64,000 bases of DNA, from assembly GCA_046348625.1 (NCBI GenBank), contig JAXMDX010000010.1:32055-96054 (forward strand). The letters are read 5' to 3'. The stretch comes from Sphingomonadaceae bacterium. Its GTDB lineage: Bacteria; Pseudomonadota; Alphaproteobacteria; Sphingomonadales; Sphingomonadaceae. The notes under the pieces were generated by a model, which saw only the letters and a program-made list of their open reading frames with translations, searched no databases and was not told the origin of the DNA. Every line of letters starts with the position of its first letter. The stretch's first letter is position 1. Below, one piece after another: positions 20,773 through 29,710 of the stretch. The translations under genes were made by a program, and so were the position numbers.

Positions 20773-21948
20773 CTACCTCGGGCTGAGCGCGGCATCGCGC
20801 ATCCCGCGCCAGACATGCAAGGCCTGCACGGTTTCCGCAACATCATGGACGCGCAGGATCTGGATGCCCTGTTCCGCACCCTTCAAGGCCAAGGCCACCG
20901 AACCACCCAGCCTTTTGTCGACAGGGGCTTCGTTCGAGAGTGCCCCGACAATCCGCTTGCGACTGGCCCCCAGCAAGACTGGCACGCCAAGGCAGTGGAA
21001 CAGCGAAAGGCCATTCAGGATGGCGAGGTTATCGGCCACGCCCTTGCCGAACCCGATCCCCGGATCGGCAAGGATCCTGTTGAGGGGAATACCTGCCGCA
21101 ACCACCGCTGCAATCCGGTCTTCAAGCCAGTCGAACACTTCGATCAGCGGATCGGAATAGCGCGCGCCGCTATGCAGATCATGCTGTTTGCCGGGCGCAT
21201 GCATGAGCACGACCGGCGCCGTTGATCGCAGAACGACCGACATGGCCCGGTCATCGAATTGCAGCGCGGAAACATCGTTGATCATGTGTGCGCCGGCAGC
21301 CAGTCCGGCCTCCATCACGGCTGCCTTGCGGGAATCGAGAGAAATGGCCGTGCCACTCGCGGCGAGCCTCGAGATCACTGGCAGAACGCGTGCCTTTTCA
21401 TCCTCTTCCCAGACGGTGACGGCGCCCGGCCGCGTCGATTCGCCTCCGACATCGATAATCGAGGCCCCCGCGGCGGCCATCTCCACCCCGATGGCCGCAG
21501 CCGATGCGGGATCGTCGATATGGTCCGACCCGCCCGAAAAACTGTCGGGCGTGATGTTGAGGATGCCCATGACCTGGGGCTGGTCCAGCCTGATCGTTCG
21601 TTCGCCAAGGACAAGCGGGGCGCGCTGCCCGGTCGCGCGGGCCATCATCGCGCGTAGCGCCGCCGCCTGTTCGGACGAGACACCAGAAAGCGCATCATCG
21701 ATCCGTTCAACCGGGATCAGCCATTGGCCTGCTCGCCGTCCCCCATCGACCGCAATGACTTCCCAGGCCGAAAAGAATTGCAGGCCGCCGGCAAGGCGCG
21801 CGAACTGGCCGTCAAAGCCGAATGGGGCATCGATGAAGCCGGTGGGACGTGGATAGAGGCGGGCTGTCGGGGCGGCAGAAATGGTCAAGTCCGGGATGTC
21901 CTTCGGCGCGAATTGAGCAATCTTCCCTCTGGCAGATTTGCCCTGCAT
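20773..21948 (-). CDS. folP: dihydropteroate synthase (5' end uncertain; possible N-terminal extension)
   Basis: The pterin-binding core starts at MGILNITPDSFSGGSDH, about residue 127 of the 391-aa ORF. GADIIDVGGESTRPG-like IIDVGGESTRPG and MINDVSA are also present. The start could instead be the internal MMARATG, about residue 101. Confidence 0.85.
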   Translation of the reverse strand: MQGKSARGKIAQFAPKDIPDLTISAAPTARLYPRPTGFIDAPFGFDGQFARLAGGLQFFSAWEVIAVDGGRRAGQWLIPVERIDDALSGVSSEQAAALRAMMARATGQRAPLVLGERTIRLDQPQVMGILNITPDSFSGGSDHIDDPASAAAIGVEMAAAGASIIDVGGESTRPGAVTVWEEDEKARVLPVISRLAASGTAISLDSRKAAVMEAGLAAGAHMINDVSALQFDDRAMSVVLRSTAPVVLMHAPGKQHDLHSGARYSDPLIEVFDWLEDRIAAVVAAGIPLNRILADPGIGFGKGVADNLAILNGLSLFHCLGVPVLLGASRKRIVGALSNEAPVDKRLGGSVALALKGAEQGIQILRVHDVAETVQALHVWRGMRDAALSPR

Positions 21949-22050
21949 CGGGCAAGCGTCGCTTGGCCATTCATGTCAGGAAGCGCTATTCAGCGTGGCG
22001 ACAGCCTCGCTGGCCATATTGGCCCCAAAGCAAAGTACGGAGACTCGCAC

Positions 22051-22179
22051 ATGGCTCGTAAAATTGCCCTTATCGCCCTCGTCGCAGGCGTCCTCACACT
22101 CAACGCCTGCAACACCGTCCGCGGCATCGGCCGCGACGTCGAGTCCGTCGGCAAGACGGTCAAGAAAGTGCCGGATTGA
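22051..22179 (+). CDS. entericidin A/B-family small lipoprotein
   Basis: 42-aa product MARKIALIALVAGVLTLNACNTVRGIGRDVESVGKTVKKVPD inside ORF 21724..22179. Carries the lipobox LNAC followed by the family-typical CNTVRG.G.D. Confidence 0.75.
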   Translation: MARKIALIALVAGVLTLNACNTVRGIGRDVESVGKTVKKVPD

Positions 22180-22230
22180 TATCTTGGGAATGTGCCTCAC
22201 ACGAAGCCACAAAGTCGCAAAGACGGCGGT

Positions 22231-22626
22231 TCACACGGCGGGGCGGTAATAGTCGTTCGCGACGCGCTTGATGCCTTCGCGAAAAGTGGCTGCGCCGAAA
22301 TTCATCAAGAGACCGAGCGGAAGCCTTGTGAGGCGCAAATAGGTAAGCAACTGCTTGCCATGCACGGGCGCCAGGCGCTCGATCGATTTGCGCTCGATGA
22401 TAAGGCGGCCTTCGACGAGAAGATCAGCCCGGAACCCTTCGTCCGTGTGGAAGCCTTCAAAACTGATCGCGATTGGCTTTTGCCGCTCCACCGAGAGGCC
22501 TCGACGCTTGAGACTGTCATCCAGAAGCGCCTCATAGACTGATTCAAGCAGGCCCGGGCCAAGCGCCTGATGCAGCTTGAATCCGCAATCTATGGAAATT
22601 CGAGCAAGCGCCTCAACATCGGCCAA
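22231..22626 (-). CDS. GxxExxY protein (PD-(D/E)XK nuclease-fold family)
   Basis: 131 aa. The signature GPGLLESVYEALL (G-x-x-E-x-x-Y) and the downstream D...ERK core (ADLLVEGRLIIERKS) are present. The start codon is TTG. Confidence 0.8.
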   Translation of the reverse strand: MADVEALARISIDCGFKLHQALGPGLLESVYEALLDDSLKRRGLSVERQKPIAISFEGFHTDEGFRADLLVEGRLIIERKSIERLAPVHGKQLLTYLRLTRLPLGLLMNFGAATFREGIKRVANDYYRPAV

Positions 22627-22639
22627 TTAATGGAGCTTT

Positions 22640-22735
22640 CTTCGTGCCTTGGTGTCTTCGTGTGAATCAAAGACCCCCTCGGGACCCACATAGATGCAAG
22701 AAATTTATCTCACACAAAGACACCAAGGCACGAAG
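22640..22735. repeat. 26-bp inverted repeat with 44-nt spacer, between the sdhA stop and the GxxExxY start
   Basis: Left arm 22640-22665 is CTTCGTGCCTTGGTGTCTTCGTGTGA. Right arm 22710-22735 is TCACACAAAGACACCAAGGCACGAAG. They are complementary at 25 of 26 positions. A partial third copy (CTCACACGAAGCCACAAAG) lies at about 22196-22214 on the other side of the GxxExxY gene. Confidence 0.8.
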
Positions 22736-22743
22736 GGTTTGGC

Positions 22744-24546
22744 TCAATAAACCCGTGCCTTCGGCTTGATGTATTCCGCTTCGTCGGTCAGCGTGTAATC
22801 GTGCACGGCGCGGTAATCGATCGTCACATTGCCGCCCGATCCGCCCCAGCCGTCAAACCAGGTGATGGTGTGCTTCATCCAGTTCTTGTCATCGCGGTCT
22901 GGATAGTCCTCGTGCGCATGTGCACCGCGGCTTTCCTTGCGGTTTGCAGCACCGACAATCGTGCAGACGGCCTGGCTCATCAGATTGTCGAGTTCCAGCG
23001 TTTCGATCAGGTCGGTGTTCCAGATCAGGCTGCGATCGGTGACGGCGAGGTCCTCCATCCGCTTGTTGACCTTGGCCATCAGGTCCACGCCTTCTGCAAG
23101 CAGCGCCGTATCGCGGAAGACGGCGCAATGCTTCTGCATGGTCCGCTGCATCTCCACTCGCACCTGCGCAGTCGGTGATCCGCCCTTGGCGTTGCGGAAT
23201 TTGTCAACACGGGCGAGCGCCAGATCGGCGGCATCCTTCGGCAGGGCCTTGTGCGCACCATTGGGCTTCAGCGTTTCCTTGAGGTGAAGGCCGGTCGCGC
23301 GGCCGAAGACCACAAGGTCGATCAGCGAATTGGAGCCAAGCCGGTTGGCGCCATGCACCGACACGCAGGCCGCTTCGCCCACGGCATAGAGGCCGGGAAC
23401 GATGGCATCGTCATTGCCATCCTTCTTCGTGACCACCTGGCCGTGATAATTGCACGGAATTCCGCCCATATTGTAATGAACTGTCGGCGTGACGGGCAGA
23501 GGCTGGCGCGTCAGGTCAACGCCGGCAAACACCTTCCCGCTTTCCGTGATGCCGGGCAGCCGTTCTGCCAGCACCTTGGGATCGATATGATCGAGGTGCA
23601 GATAGATGTGATCCTTGTGCGGCCCCACGCCCCGGCCTTCGCGCATTTCGAGCGCCATAGACCGGCTCACCACGTCGCGGCTGGCAAGATCCTTGGCGGA
23701 GGGGGCATAGCGCTCCATGAACCGCTCCCCTTCGGAATTGGTCAGATAACCGCCTTCGCCGCGCGCGCCTTCTGTGATCAGCACACCCGCGCCATAAATA
23801 CCGGTCGGATGGAACTGGACGAACTCCAGATCCTGCAGCGGCAGGCCTGCGCGCAGCACCATTCCGCCACCATCACCGGTGCATGTGTGTGCCGAGGTCG
23901 CCGTGTAATAGGCGCGGCCATAACCGCCGGTTGCCAGCACAACCGCGTGGCTGCGGAAGCGGTGGATCGTCCCGTCTTCCATGCACATCGCGATGACGCC
24001 GCGGCATTCGCCATTTTCCATGATCAGGTCGAGCGCGAAATATTCGATGAAGAAATCCGCGTCATACCGCAGGCTCTGCTGGTAGAGCGCGTGGAGGATC
24101 GCATGGCCCGTCCGGTCGGCCGCCGCCGCCGTGCGCTGGACCGGAGGTCCTTCGCCCATGTTCTGCATGTGCCCGCCAAACGGACGCTGGTAGATCGTGC
24201 CATTCTCGTTGCGGCTGAACGGCACGCCCGCATGTTCAAGTTCATAGACAGCGGCAGGCGCCTCACGCACCATATATTCGATCGCGTCCTGATCGCCCAG
24301 CCAGTCGGACCCCTTGACCGTGTCGTACATGTGCCAGGTCCAGTGATCCGGGCTGTTGTTGCCCAGCGACGCAGCAATCCCGCCCTGCGCTGCAACTGTG
24401 TGCGAACGCGTCGGGAAGACCTTGGTGATGCAGGCCGTGCGCAGGCCCGCTTCCGCGCTGCCCATTGTGGCGCGCAGGCCGGATCCGCCCGCGCCGACAA
24501 CAACGGTGTCATAGGTGTGATCGATGATCTTGTAGGCTTCAGACAT
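22744..24546 (-). CDS. sdhA: succinate dehydrogenase flavoprotein subunit
   Basis: 600 aa. Motifs [24 protein letters not shown] and HGANRLG are present. Confidence 0.97.
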   Translation of the reverse strand: MSEAYKIIDHTYDTVVVGAGGSGLRATMGSAEAGLRTACITKVFPTRSHTVAAQGGIAASLGNNSPDHWTWHMYDTVKGSDWLGDQDAIEYMVREAPAAVYELEHAGVPFSRNENGTIYQRPFGGHMQNMGEGPPVQRTAAAADRTGHAILHALYQQSLRYDADFFIEYFALDLIMENGECRGVIAMCMEDGTIHRFRSHAVVLATGGYGRAYYTATSAHTCTGDGGGMVLRAGLPLQDLEFVQFHPTGIYGAGVLITEGARGEGGYLTNSEGERFMERYAPSAKDLASRDVVSRSMALEMREGRGVGPHKDHIYLHLDHIDPKVLAERLPGITESGKVFAGVDLTRQPLPVTPTVHYNMGGIPCNYHGQVVTKKDGNDDAIVPGLYAVGEAACVSVHGANRLGSNSLIDLVVFGRATGLHLKETLKPNGAHKALPKDAADLALARVDKFRNAKGGSPTAQVRVEMQRTMQKHCAVFRDTALLAEGVDLMAKVNKRMEDLAVTDRSLIWNTDLIETLELDNLMSQAVCTIVGAANRKESRGAHAHEDYPDRDDKNWMKHTITWFDGWGGSGGNVTIDYRAVHDYTLTDEAEYIKPKARVY

Positions 24547-24932
24547 CAGGCCGGCGTCCCTGCAAAGGCAATTTTCAGAATGGCATAAAGCGCGAAACCG
24601 CCCGTGCCGAACGTCCAGAAGTGGAGCAGGCCGAGCGTAAGGACGCGCATCCCGCCATGGACATAATCCTCGATCACGACCTGCAGCCCGAGCCGGAAGT
24701 GCCAGCAGACATTGATGATCATGAGCGCAAGCGGAACCGCGTTCAGCGGCGAATGAATCCAGCCGATCACCGATTCATGGCTGAGCGAGGGCAACCGGAC
24801 GAGCGCGAAGAGAAACCAGAGGACCAATACGACATTGCCCATCGCCGTGACGCGTTGGAGCCACCAGTGGTGCGAACCGCTACGTGCCGATCCGAGGCCG
24901 CGAACCCGGCCAAGACCTGTTCCGCTGCCCAT
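24546..24932 (-). CDS. sdhD: succinate dehydrogenase hydrophobic membrane anchor subunit
   Basis: 128 aa with about 3 TM segments. Its position between sdhC and sdhA, with a 1-nt overlap on sdhA, supports the call. Confidence 0.8.
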   Translation of the reverse strand: MGSGTGLGRVRGLGSARSGSHHWWLQRVTAMGNVVLVLWFLFALVRLPSLSHESVIGWIHSPLNAVPLALMIINVCWHFRLGLQVVIEDYVHGGMRVLTLGLLHFWTFGTGGFALYAILKIAFAGTPA

Positions 24933-24934
24933 TG

Positions 24935-25342
24935 TCAGAGTCCCTTCCAGAGAATGAGGAGCCAGGTCAGCCCGGTCAGGACGACTGCCCCGATCAGCGT
25001 TCCCCAGGCCCAGGCGCGATTGGTCTGCAATTCGAAACCCGCGCCAAGATCAAGGACGAAATGGCGCAGCCCGGCGCACAGGTGAAGGAAGAAGGTGAAG
25101 GTGAGCGCAACCGCAACGACCTTGCCCGGCCACCAGCTCGCCCAGCTCATGAACAGATCATAGGCTTCCTTGCCCGTGGCGGCAGCAACCAGCCACCAGA
25201 CCAGCGCCGCCATGCCGACCGTCGCGAGCCCCACCCCCATTGCGCGGTTGAGAATCGAGACCGCCATATGCGGCCCCCATTTGTAGATACCCAGATGCGG
25301 CGAAAGTGGCCGCGCGGATGATCGCGCCATGCGTGCCCCCAA
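24935..25342 (-). CDS. sdhC: succinate dehydrogenase cytochrome b556 subunit
   Basis: 135 aa. N-terminal RPLSPHLGIYKW is typical of SdhC, with 3 TM segments. The start could be the second Met (MARSS). Confidence 0.85.
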   Translation of the reverse strand: MGARMARSSARPLSPHLGIYKWGPHMAVSILNRAMGVGLATVGMAALVWWLVAAATGKEAYDLFMSWASWWPGKVVAVALTFTFFLHLCAGLRHFVLDLGAGFELQTNRAWAWGTLIGAVVLTGLTWLLILWKGL

Positions 25343-25470
25343 AGGCTGGTTTCAGACAATGAAAAGGCCTTTAGCGCAAAGACCGCCCGGCGCAACCGGT
25401 TGGTCGCTCTGGCTGCACCAAAGTTCACTATCGCAAGGCGAGCGGCTGACCGGCGCGAGGAGTTGCCAGA

Positions 25471-25500
25471 CGCAAAAACCGCGAGGCCAGCCGGCTGGCC
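25471..25500 (-). terminator. possible intrinsic terminator after the DUF418-like gene
   Basis: The minus strand reads GGCCAG-CCGG-CTGGCC, then TCGCGGTTTTTGCG, directly after the stop at 25502. The stem is short. Confidence 0.4.
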
Positions 25501-25501
25501 C

Positions 25502-26836
25502 TCAGGCCAATGCGGCGGTCGGGTTCGACTGGCTAGTGTCGCGTCGAAATGTCGGTCGTTCCAGGTAACTCAGTGAGCGCCAGACCCACTCAAAGGGCCC
25601 CATCCGGTATCTGAGCATCCACAGGTTGCAGAAGCCGATAAGCAAGACATTCACCGCCGTCGCGATGAGCATCAGGTCCGCCCAGCCGAACCGCCCCCAC
25701 AATCCCAAGCCGAAGCCGGGGAAAAGCAGCCAGCAGCAGATCAGGGTTTGCCCGACATAGGCCGTCATCGGCATCCGCCCGGGGGCTTTGAACATAGCAA
25801 GGACTCGGCGTCCGATTCCCGACTTGAGCAAAAGACAGACGAGACCGACATGGCCCAATGTTGTGCCAATGCGGCCATAATCATAGACGGCGGCGCCGAT
25901 GCTGACAGGGCCGAAATGATGAGCAAGGCGGAAATCCGCCATCGCCCACTTCACGAAGATGCCAACGGCATAGCCCAATATTGCAAGAGCGACATAGAAA
26001 CGGGTTGATCGCCCGCCCTGCAGAATGCCCCATTTGAACAGGGCCATGCCAATCAGCATTGTGAAGAAAGCCTCCCCGGCAGCAGGGGAAATCAGAGCGC
26101 TTAAATTGAACTGATACCAGAATTCCGTCGAATATTGAAGATTCTCGACATAATCGCCTGCTGTGGCTTTCTTTGCGTCGGGCAACTGCTTGGCTTGATT
26201 GGCCCTCTCTTCGACAAGGCCTTTCCAGCGCTTCATATCGGCTTGTTCAGTCATGCTCAGCACAGCGCCTGCCGGTCGCGACTGAATCTGCTCCACGCGA
26301 TCCTGCAATGCCACCTTGTCCAGAACCTTGGGTGTGGCGATCGCCATGACCAGCATCAGTCCAAGCGCCCCGATCGTGGCCAGAATGCGCGGCGAAAGGC
26401 GGCGAAAGGGAAAGACGAACAGTGCTGTCAGACCGTAAAGGGTCCAGATTTCGCCTGGCCACAGCAAGAGCGTTCCGTGAACCACGCCGAAAGCAACCAG
26501 CCAAAGCGCGCGGCGATAATAGACATCGGCCACTTCGACTGGACCGTCCTTGGCTGTAGCGCGCAAGGTCAGCAGGATCACGCTTGCCCCGAAAAGAAAC
26601 TCCAGCAATCCGCGCTGGGTGCCTTCAAGAAAAGCGAAAACAAGGCGATACGCCCATTGGTCTGCTGCCCCCGCGCTCAACACTTGGGGGTTGTTTCCGC
26701 TCGCCGCAAGTGCGGGCCAATTGCCGCCCATGGTCAGGATGTTGAGATATAAAATCCCCAGGATCGCGATGCCGCGCAAGATATCGAGCGTGACGATGCG
26801 ATCCCCGTCACGGGTCGGATGCAGTATATTTGTCAT
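25502..26836 (-). CDS. DUF418/YeiB-like multi-pass membrane protein
   Basis: 444 aa with more than 10 TM segments. N-terminal DILRGIAILGILYLN is typical of the DUF1624/DUF418 family. Confidence 0.7.
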   Translation of the reverse strand: MTNILHPTRDGDRIVTLDILRGIAILGILYLNILTMGGNWPALAASGNNPQVLSAGAADQWAYRLVFAFLEGTQRGLLEFLFGASVILLTLRATAKDGPVEVADVYYRRALWLVAFGVVHGTLLLWPGEIWTLYGLTALFVFPFRRLSPRILATIGALGLMLVMAIATPKVLDKVALQDRVEQIQSRPAGAVLSMTEQADMKRWKGLVEERANQAKQLPDAKKATAGDYVENLQYSTEFWYQFNLSALISPAAGEAFFTMLIGMALFKWGILQGGRSTRFYVALAILGYAVGIFVKWAMADFRLAHHFGPVSIGAAVYDYGRIGTTLGHVGLVCLLLKSGIGRRVLAMFKAPGRMPMTAYVGQTLICCWLLFPGFGLGLWGRFGWADLMLIATAVNVLLIGFCNLWMLRYRMGPFEWVWRSLSYLERPTFRRDTSQSNPTAALA

Positions 26837-26974
26837 GTACGTCCCTGTTTGCCCTCTCGGGACAGGAACACAGCCAGCCTCGCCTTCAGATGCACCAGAC
26901 CGTCAGAAATCTTGCGATGCTTGGCAATCGGTCCATCGCTGGCCCTGTCAGCCCAATTCGGCTAATCAGCAACC

Positions 26975-27658
26975 ATGACCAACATCCTCCTCACCGGCGC
27001 GTCGCGCGGGATTGGTGCGGCAATTGCCGCGCGGCTTTCAGGCGAAGGCATGGCCCTTGTCGCCACCAGCAGTGCGGACGGCGATCTTGCCGATCCGGAG
27101 ACACCTGCCCGGCTCTGGGCTTCGGCGCTTGACCGGCTTGACGGGCGGATCGACATACTGATCAACAATGCCGGGATTTTCGAGGGCAATCCGCTGGAGA
27201 GCGATGACTGGACGGCGAATTGGAACCGCACGATGCAGGTCAACCTGACGGCCTCGGCCGAACTGTGTCGCGCGGCCGTGCTCCATTGGCAGGCGCGCGG
27301 GAGTGGCGGGCGAATCGTCAATATCGCAAGCCGCGCCGCCCATCGCGGAGACAGCCCGGCGCACTGGCACTATGCCGCGTCGAAGGGCGGCATGGTCTCC
27401 ATGACCAAGACGATCGCCCGCGCCTATGCGGCCCAGGGTATCTATGCCTTTGCGATCTGCCCCGGCTTCACGATGACGGGCATGGCCGAGGATTATCTCG
27501 CCAGCCGCGGCGGGGACAAATTGCTGGCCGACATTCCGCTCGGCCGCGTGGCGATGCCGGAAGAAGTGGCGGAAATGGCCGCCTTCTGTGCACTCAAGGC
27601 CCCGCCTTCGATGACCGGCGCCGTGCTCGACGTCAACGGTGCGAGCTACGTGCGCTAA
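26975..27658 (+). CDS. SDR-family oxidoreductase
   Basis: 227 aa. Has the cofactor motif TGASRGIGAAIA and the catalytic YAASKGG (YxxxK). Confidence 0.85.
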   Translation: MTNILLTGASRGIGAAIAARLSGEGMALVATSSADGDLADPETPARLWASALDRLDGRIDILINNAGIFEGNPLESDDWTANWNRTMQVNLTASAELCRAAVLHWQARGSGGRIVNIASRAAHRGDSPAHWHYAASKGGMVSMTKTIARAYAAQGIYAFAICPGFTMTGMAEDYLASRGGDKLLADIPLGRVAMPEEVAEMAAFCALKAPPSMTGAVLDVNGASYVR

Positions 27659-27683
27659 AACAGGTTGGATCGTCGCAATAAAT

Positions 27684-28418
27684 CTAGCGCAGAAACAACA
27701 CAATCGAGAGGACGACACCGATCAGCACGATCGTGATGCGGAGCAGTCTTTCATTGATGCGGTTCAGCACCATATTGCCGATTGCGCCGCCCAGCATTGC
27801 CCCGGCGCCGAGCACAACCGCTTTCAGCCAGACCACTTCCGGCGAAAAGAGGAACAGGCCGAGCGCCGCGACATTGATGATCGCAGCAAGGACATTCTTG
27901 GTGGCACTCGCCGCGCGGATCGCAAGCCCGGCCGCTGTCAGCACGGTCACAAGGATGATGCCATTGCCCCCACCGAAATAGCCGCCATAGATTGAGCTGA
28001 GGATCAGCCCGACCCCGGAAAGGGGCGGAGCGAGGGGCGCCCGCGGCTCCTTCGGTTTCGGGCCGAAGCTGCCCCAGGCAAACAGTGCGGTTGCGGCAAG
28101 GATCAGCCAGGGGACCATGTCGGCAAAGACCCTGGTCGGGGTCAGCAGGATCAGCTGCGCGCCGACCAGCCCGCCTGCGATCGAGATCGCCAGCATGACC
28201 CAGACCGGCATTCCGGGCACGCCCTGGACCGCTTTGCGACCGCCCCAGCCTGTCGTGACTTGCCCGACAGAGAGAGCGACCGTCGACGTGATGTTGGCCA
28301 CCCGCGCATCAAGGCCAGTGAAGATCAGGGCCGGCAGGGTGATGAACGAGCCGCCGCCCGCCACGGCATTCTGGATTCCTGCCCAGATACCCGCCAATGC
28401 CAATAAGCCCCAGATCAT
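27684..28418 (-). CDS. TauE/SafE-family sulfite/anion exporter
   Basis: ORF 27684..28625 trimmed to ATG 28418 (MIWGLLALAGIWAGIQNAVAGGGSFITLPAL). About 7-8 TM segments. The long form overlaps prmA. Confidence 0.8.
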   Translation of the reverse strand: MIWGLLALAGIWAGIQNAVAGGGSFITLPALIFTGLDARVANITSTVALSVGQVTTGWGGRKAVQGVPGMPVWVMLAISIAGGLVGAQLILLTPTRVFADMVPWLILAATALFAWGSFGPKPKEPRAPLAPPLSGVGLILSSIYGGYFGGGNGIILVTVLTAAGLAIRAASATKNVLAAIINVAALGLFLFSPEVVWLKAVVLGAGAMLGGAIGNMVLNRINERLLRITIVLIGVVLSIVLFLR

Positions 28419-28473
28419 GGATCGGCGCCTATGGCATTCCCTCAAGGGCAACAAGTCCGTAATGGGGCACGCC

Positions 28474-29454
28474 ATGTCGAACAGCTGGAAACTGACCCTG
28501 CCCTGCACCCGCGCCGAAGCCGAGGCGCTCGATGCGGATATCACCCCGCTCGCGCTGCTGGAGCCGCCGCCGTCGCTCGTCGTGCGCGAGCCAGACGAGG
28601 CCCGGCCCGACCATTGGGAACTCAATGCCTATTTCGAAGGCAAGCCAGACAAGGCGAGCATAGCGCTCATCCAGTCGCTCATCCCGAGCGCCGCGAAGGC
28701 ACGGCCCAAGCTTGAAAAACTGCCGGATGAGGACTGGCTGACGATCAGTCAGGCCGGGCTCGAGCCGGTGCATGCCGGGCGCTTCTATGTCCATACTTCC
28801 GCCCATGACGCGCCTCCGCCTGTGGGGGCGAGGGCCTTCCTGATCGAGGCGAGCCAGGCCTTTGGGACAGGCGGGCATGAAACCACACATGGCTGCCTCG
28901 AGATGCTCGACCGGATGAAGTCCCGCGGCCTCCGCTTCGATCACATCGCGGATATCGGCACGGGCACGGGGCTGCTCGCCTTTGCCGCGTGCCACCTCTG
29001 GCCGCGCGCCAGATTGACGGCCTCTGACATCGATCCGGTGAGCATCGACGTCACGGCTGAAAACGCGTCCGTCAATGGCGTGCCCCTCGGCTTGGGGCGG
29101 GGGCAAGTCGCGCTGTGCGTTGCGCCGGGAACTGATCATGAATTGATCCTCCAGCGCGCGCCCTATGACCTGGTGATTGCCAACATCCTGGCGGGGCCCC
29201 TGATCGAACTCGCTCCGGCGCTCTCCGCAATCCTGCGGGACGGGGGCTCGCTCATCCTGGCCGGGCTGCTGGCAGGGCAGACCGACGCCGTGGCCGCAGC
29301 CTATCGCGCGCATGGGTTGCGACTGGCGGAGCGGCAGGATCGCGGCGAATGGCCCTGCCTGCGTCTGACCAAGCGCAGCCGCTTCGGCTGGCAACGTCCG
29401 ATCCGCAGCACCGGACGAACGAGCCAGCCGCCGGGCGATTTCGGCAGCTGGTAG
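28474..29454 (+). CDS. prmA: ribosomal protein L11 methyltransferase
   Basis: ORF 28117..29454 trimmed to ATG 28474 (MSNSWKLTLPC...); an alternative ATG is at 28462. Motifs AFGTGGHETT and the SAM-binding DIGTGTGLLA are present. Confidence 0.85.
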   Translation: MSNSWKLTLPCTRAEAEALDADITPLALLEPPPSLVVREPDEARPDHWELNAYFEGKPDKASIALIQSLIPSAAKARPKLEKLPDEDWLTISQAGLEPVHAGRFYVHTSAHDAPPPVGARAFLIEASQAFGTGGHETTHGCLEMLDRMKSRGLRFDHIADIGTGTGLLAFAACHLWPRARLTASDIDPVSIDVTAENASVNGVPLGLGRGQVALCVAPGTDHELILQRAPYDLVIANILAGPLIELAPALSAILRDGGSLILAGLLAGQTDAVAAAYRAHGLRLAERQDRGEWPCLRLTKRSRFGWQRPIRSTGRTSQPPGDFGSW

Positions 29455-29710
29455 GGGCTGCCCGTTCCCGCGACGCAGGCGCCTGGGCGAAGCACGCGCG
29501 GCGCCCTTCAGGAAGTCCCGCAAAGGCCGATTGTTTCGCGAACATTGGTGAAAGGATTTTGCCACGCTATGGAGGTGCAGCGGCGCATCGGGGGGCCGCT
29601 CCAGTCCGGATTGCTGAAGAATTTGGCGTTGACCGCTGGGGCAGCGTGCAACAGGGCTTTGCAGATCATGCCGAGATCGCCCCGCGTCTCGGGTCCTGAA
29701 GGAGAATGGA

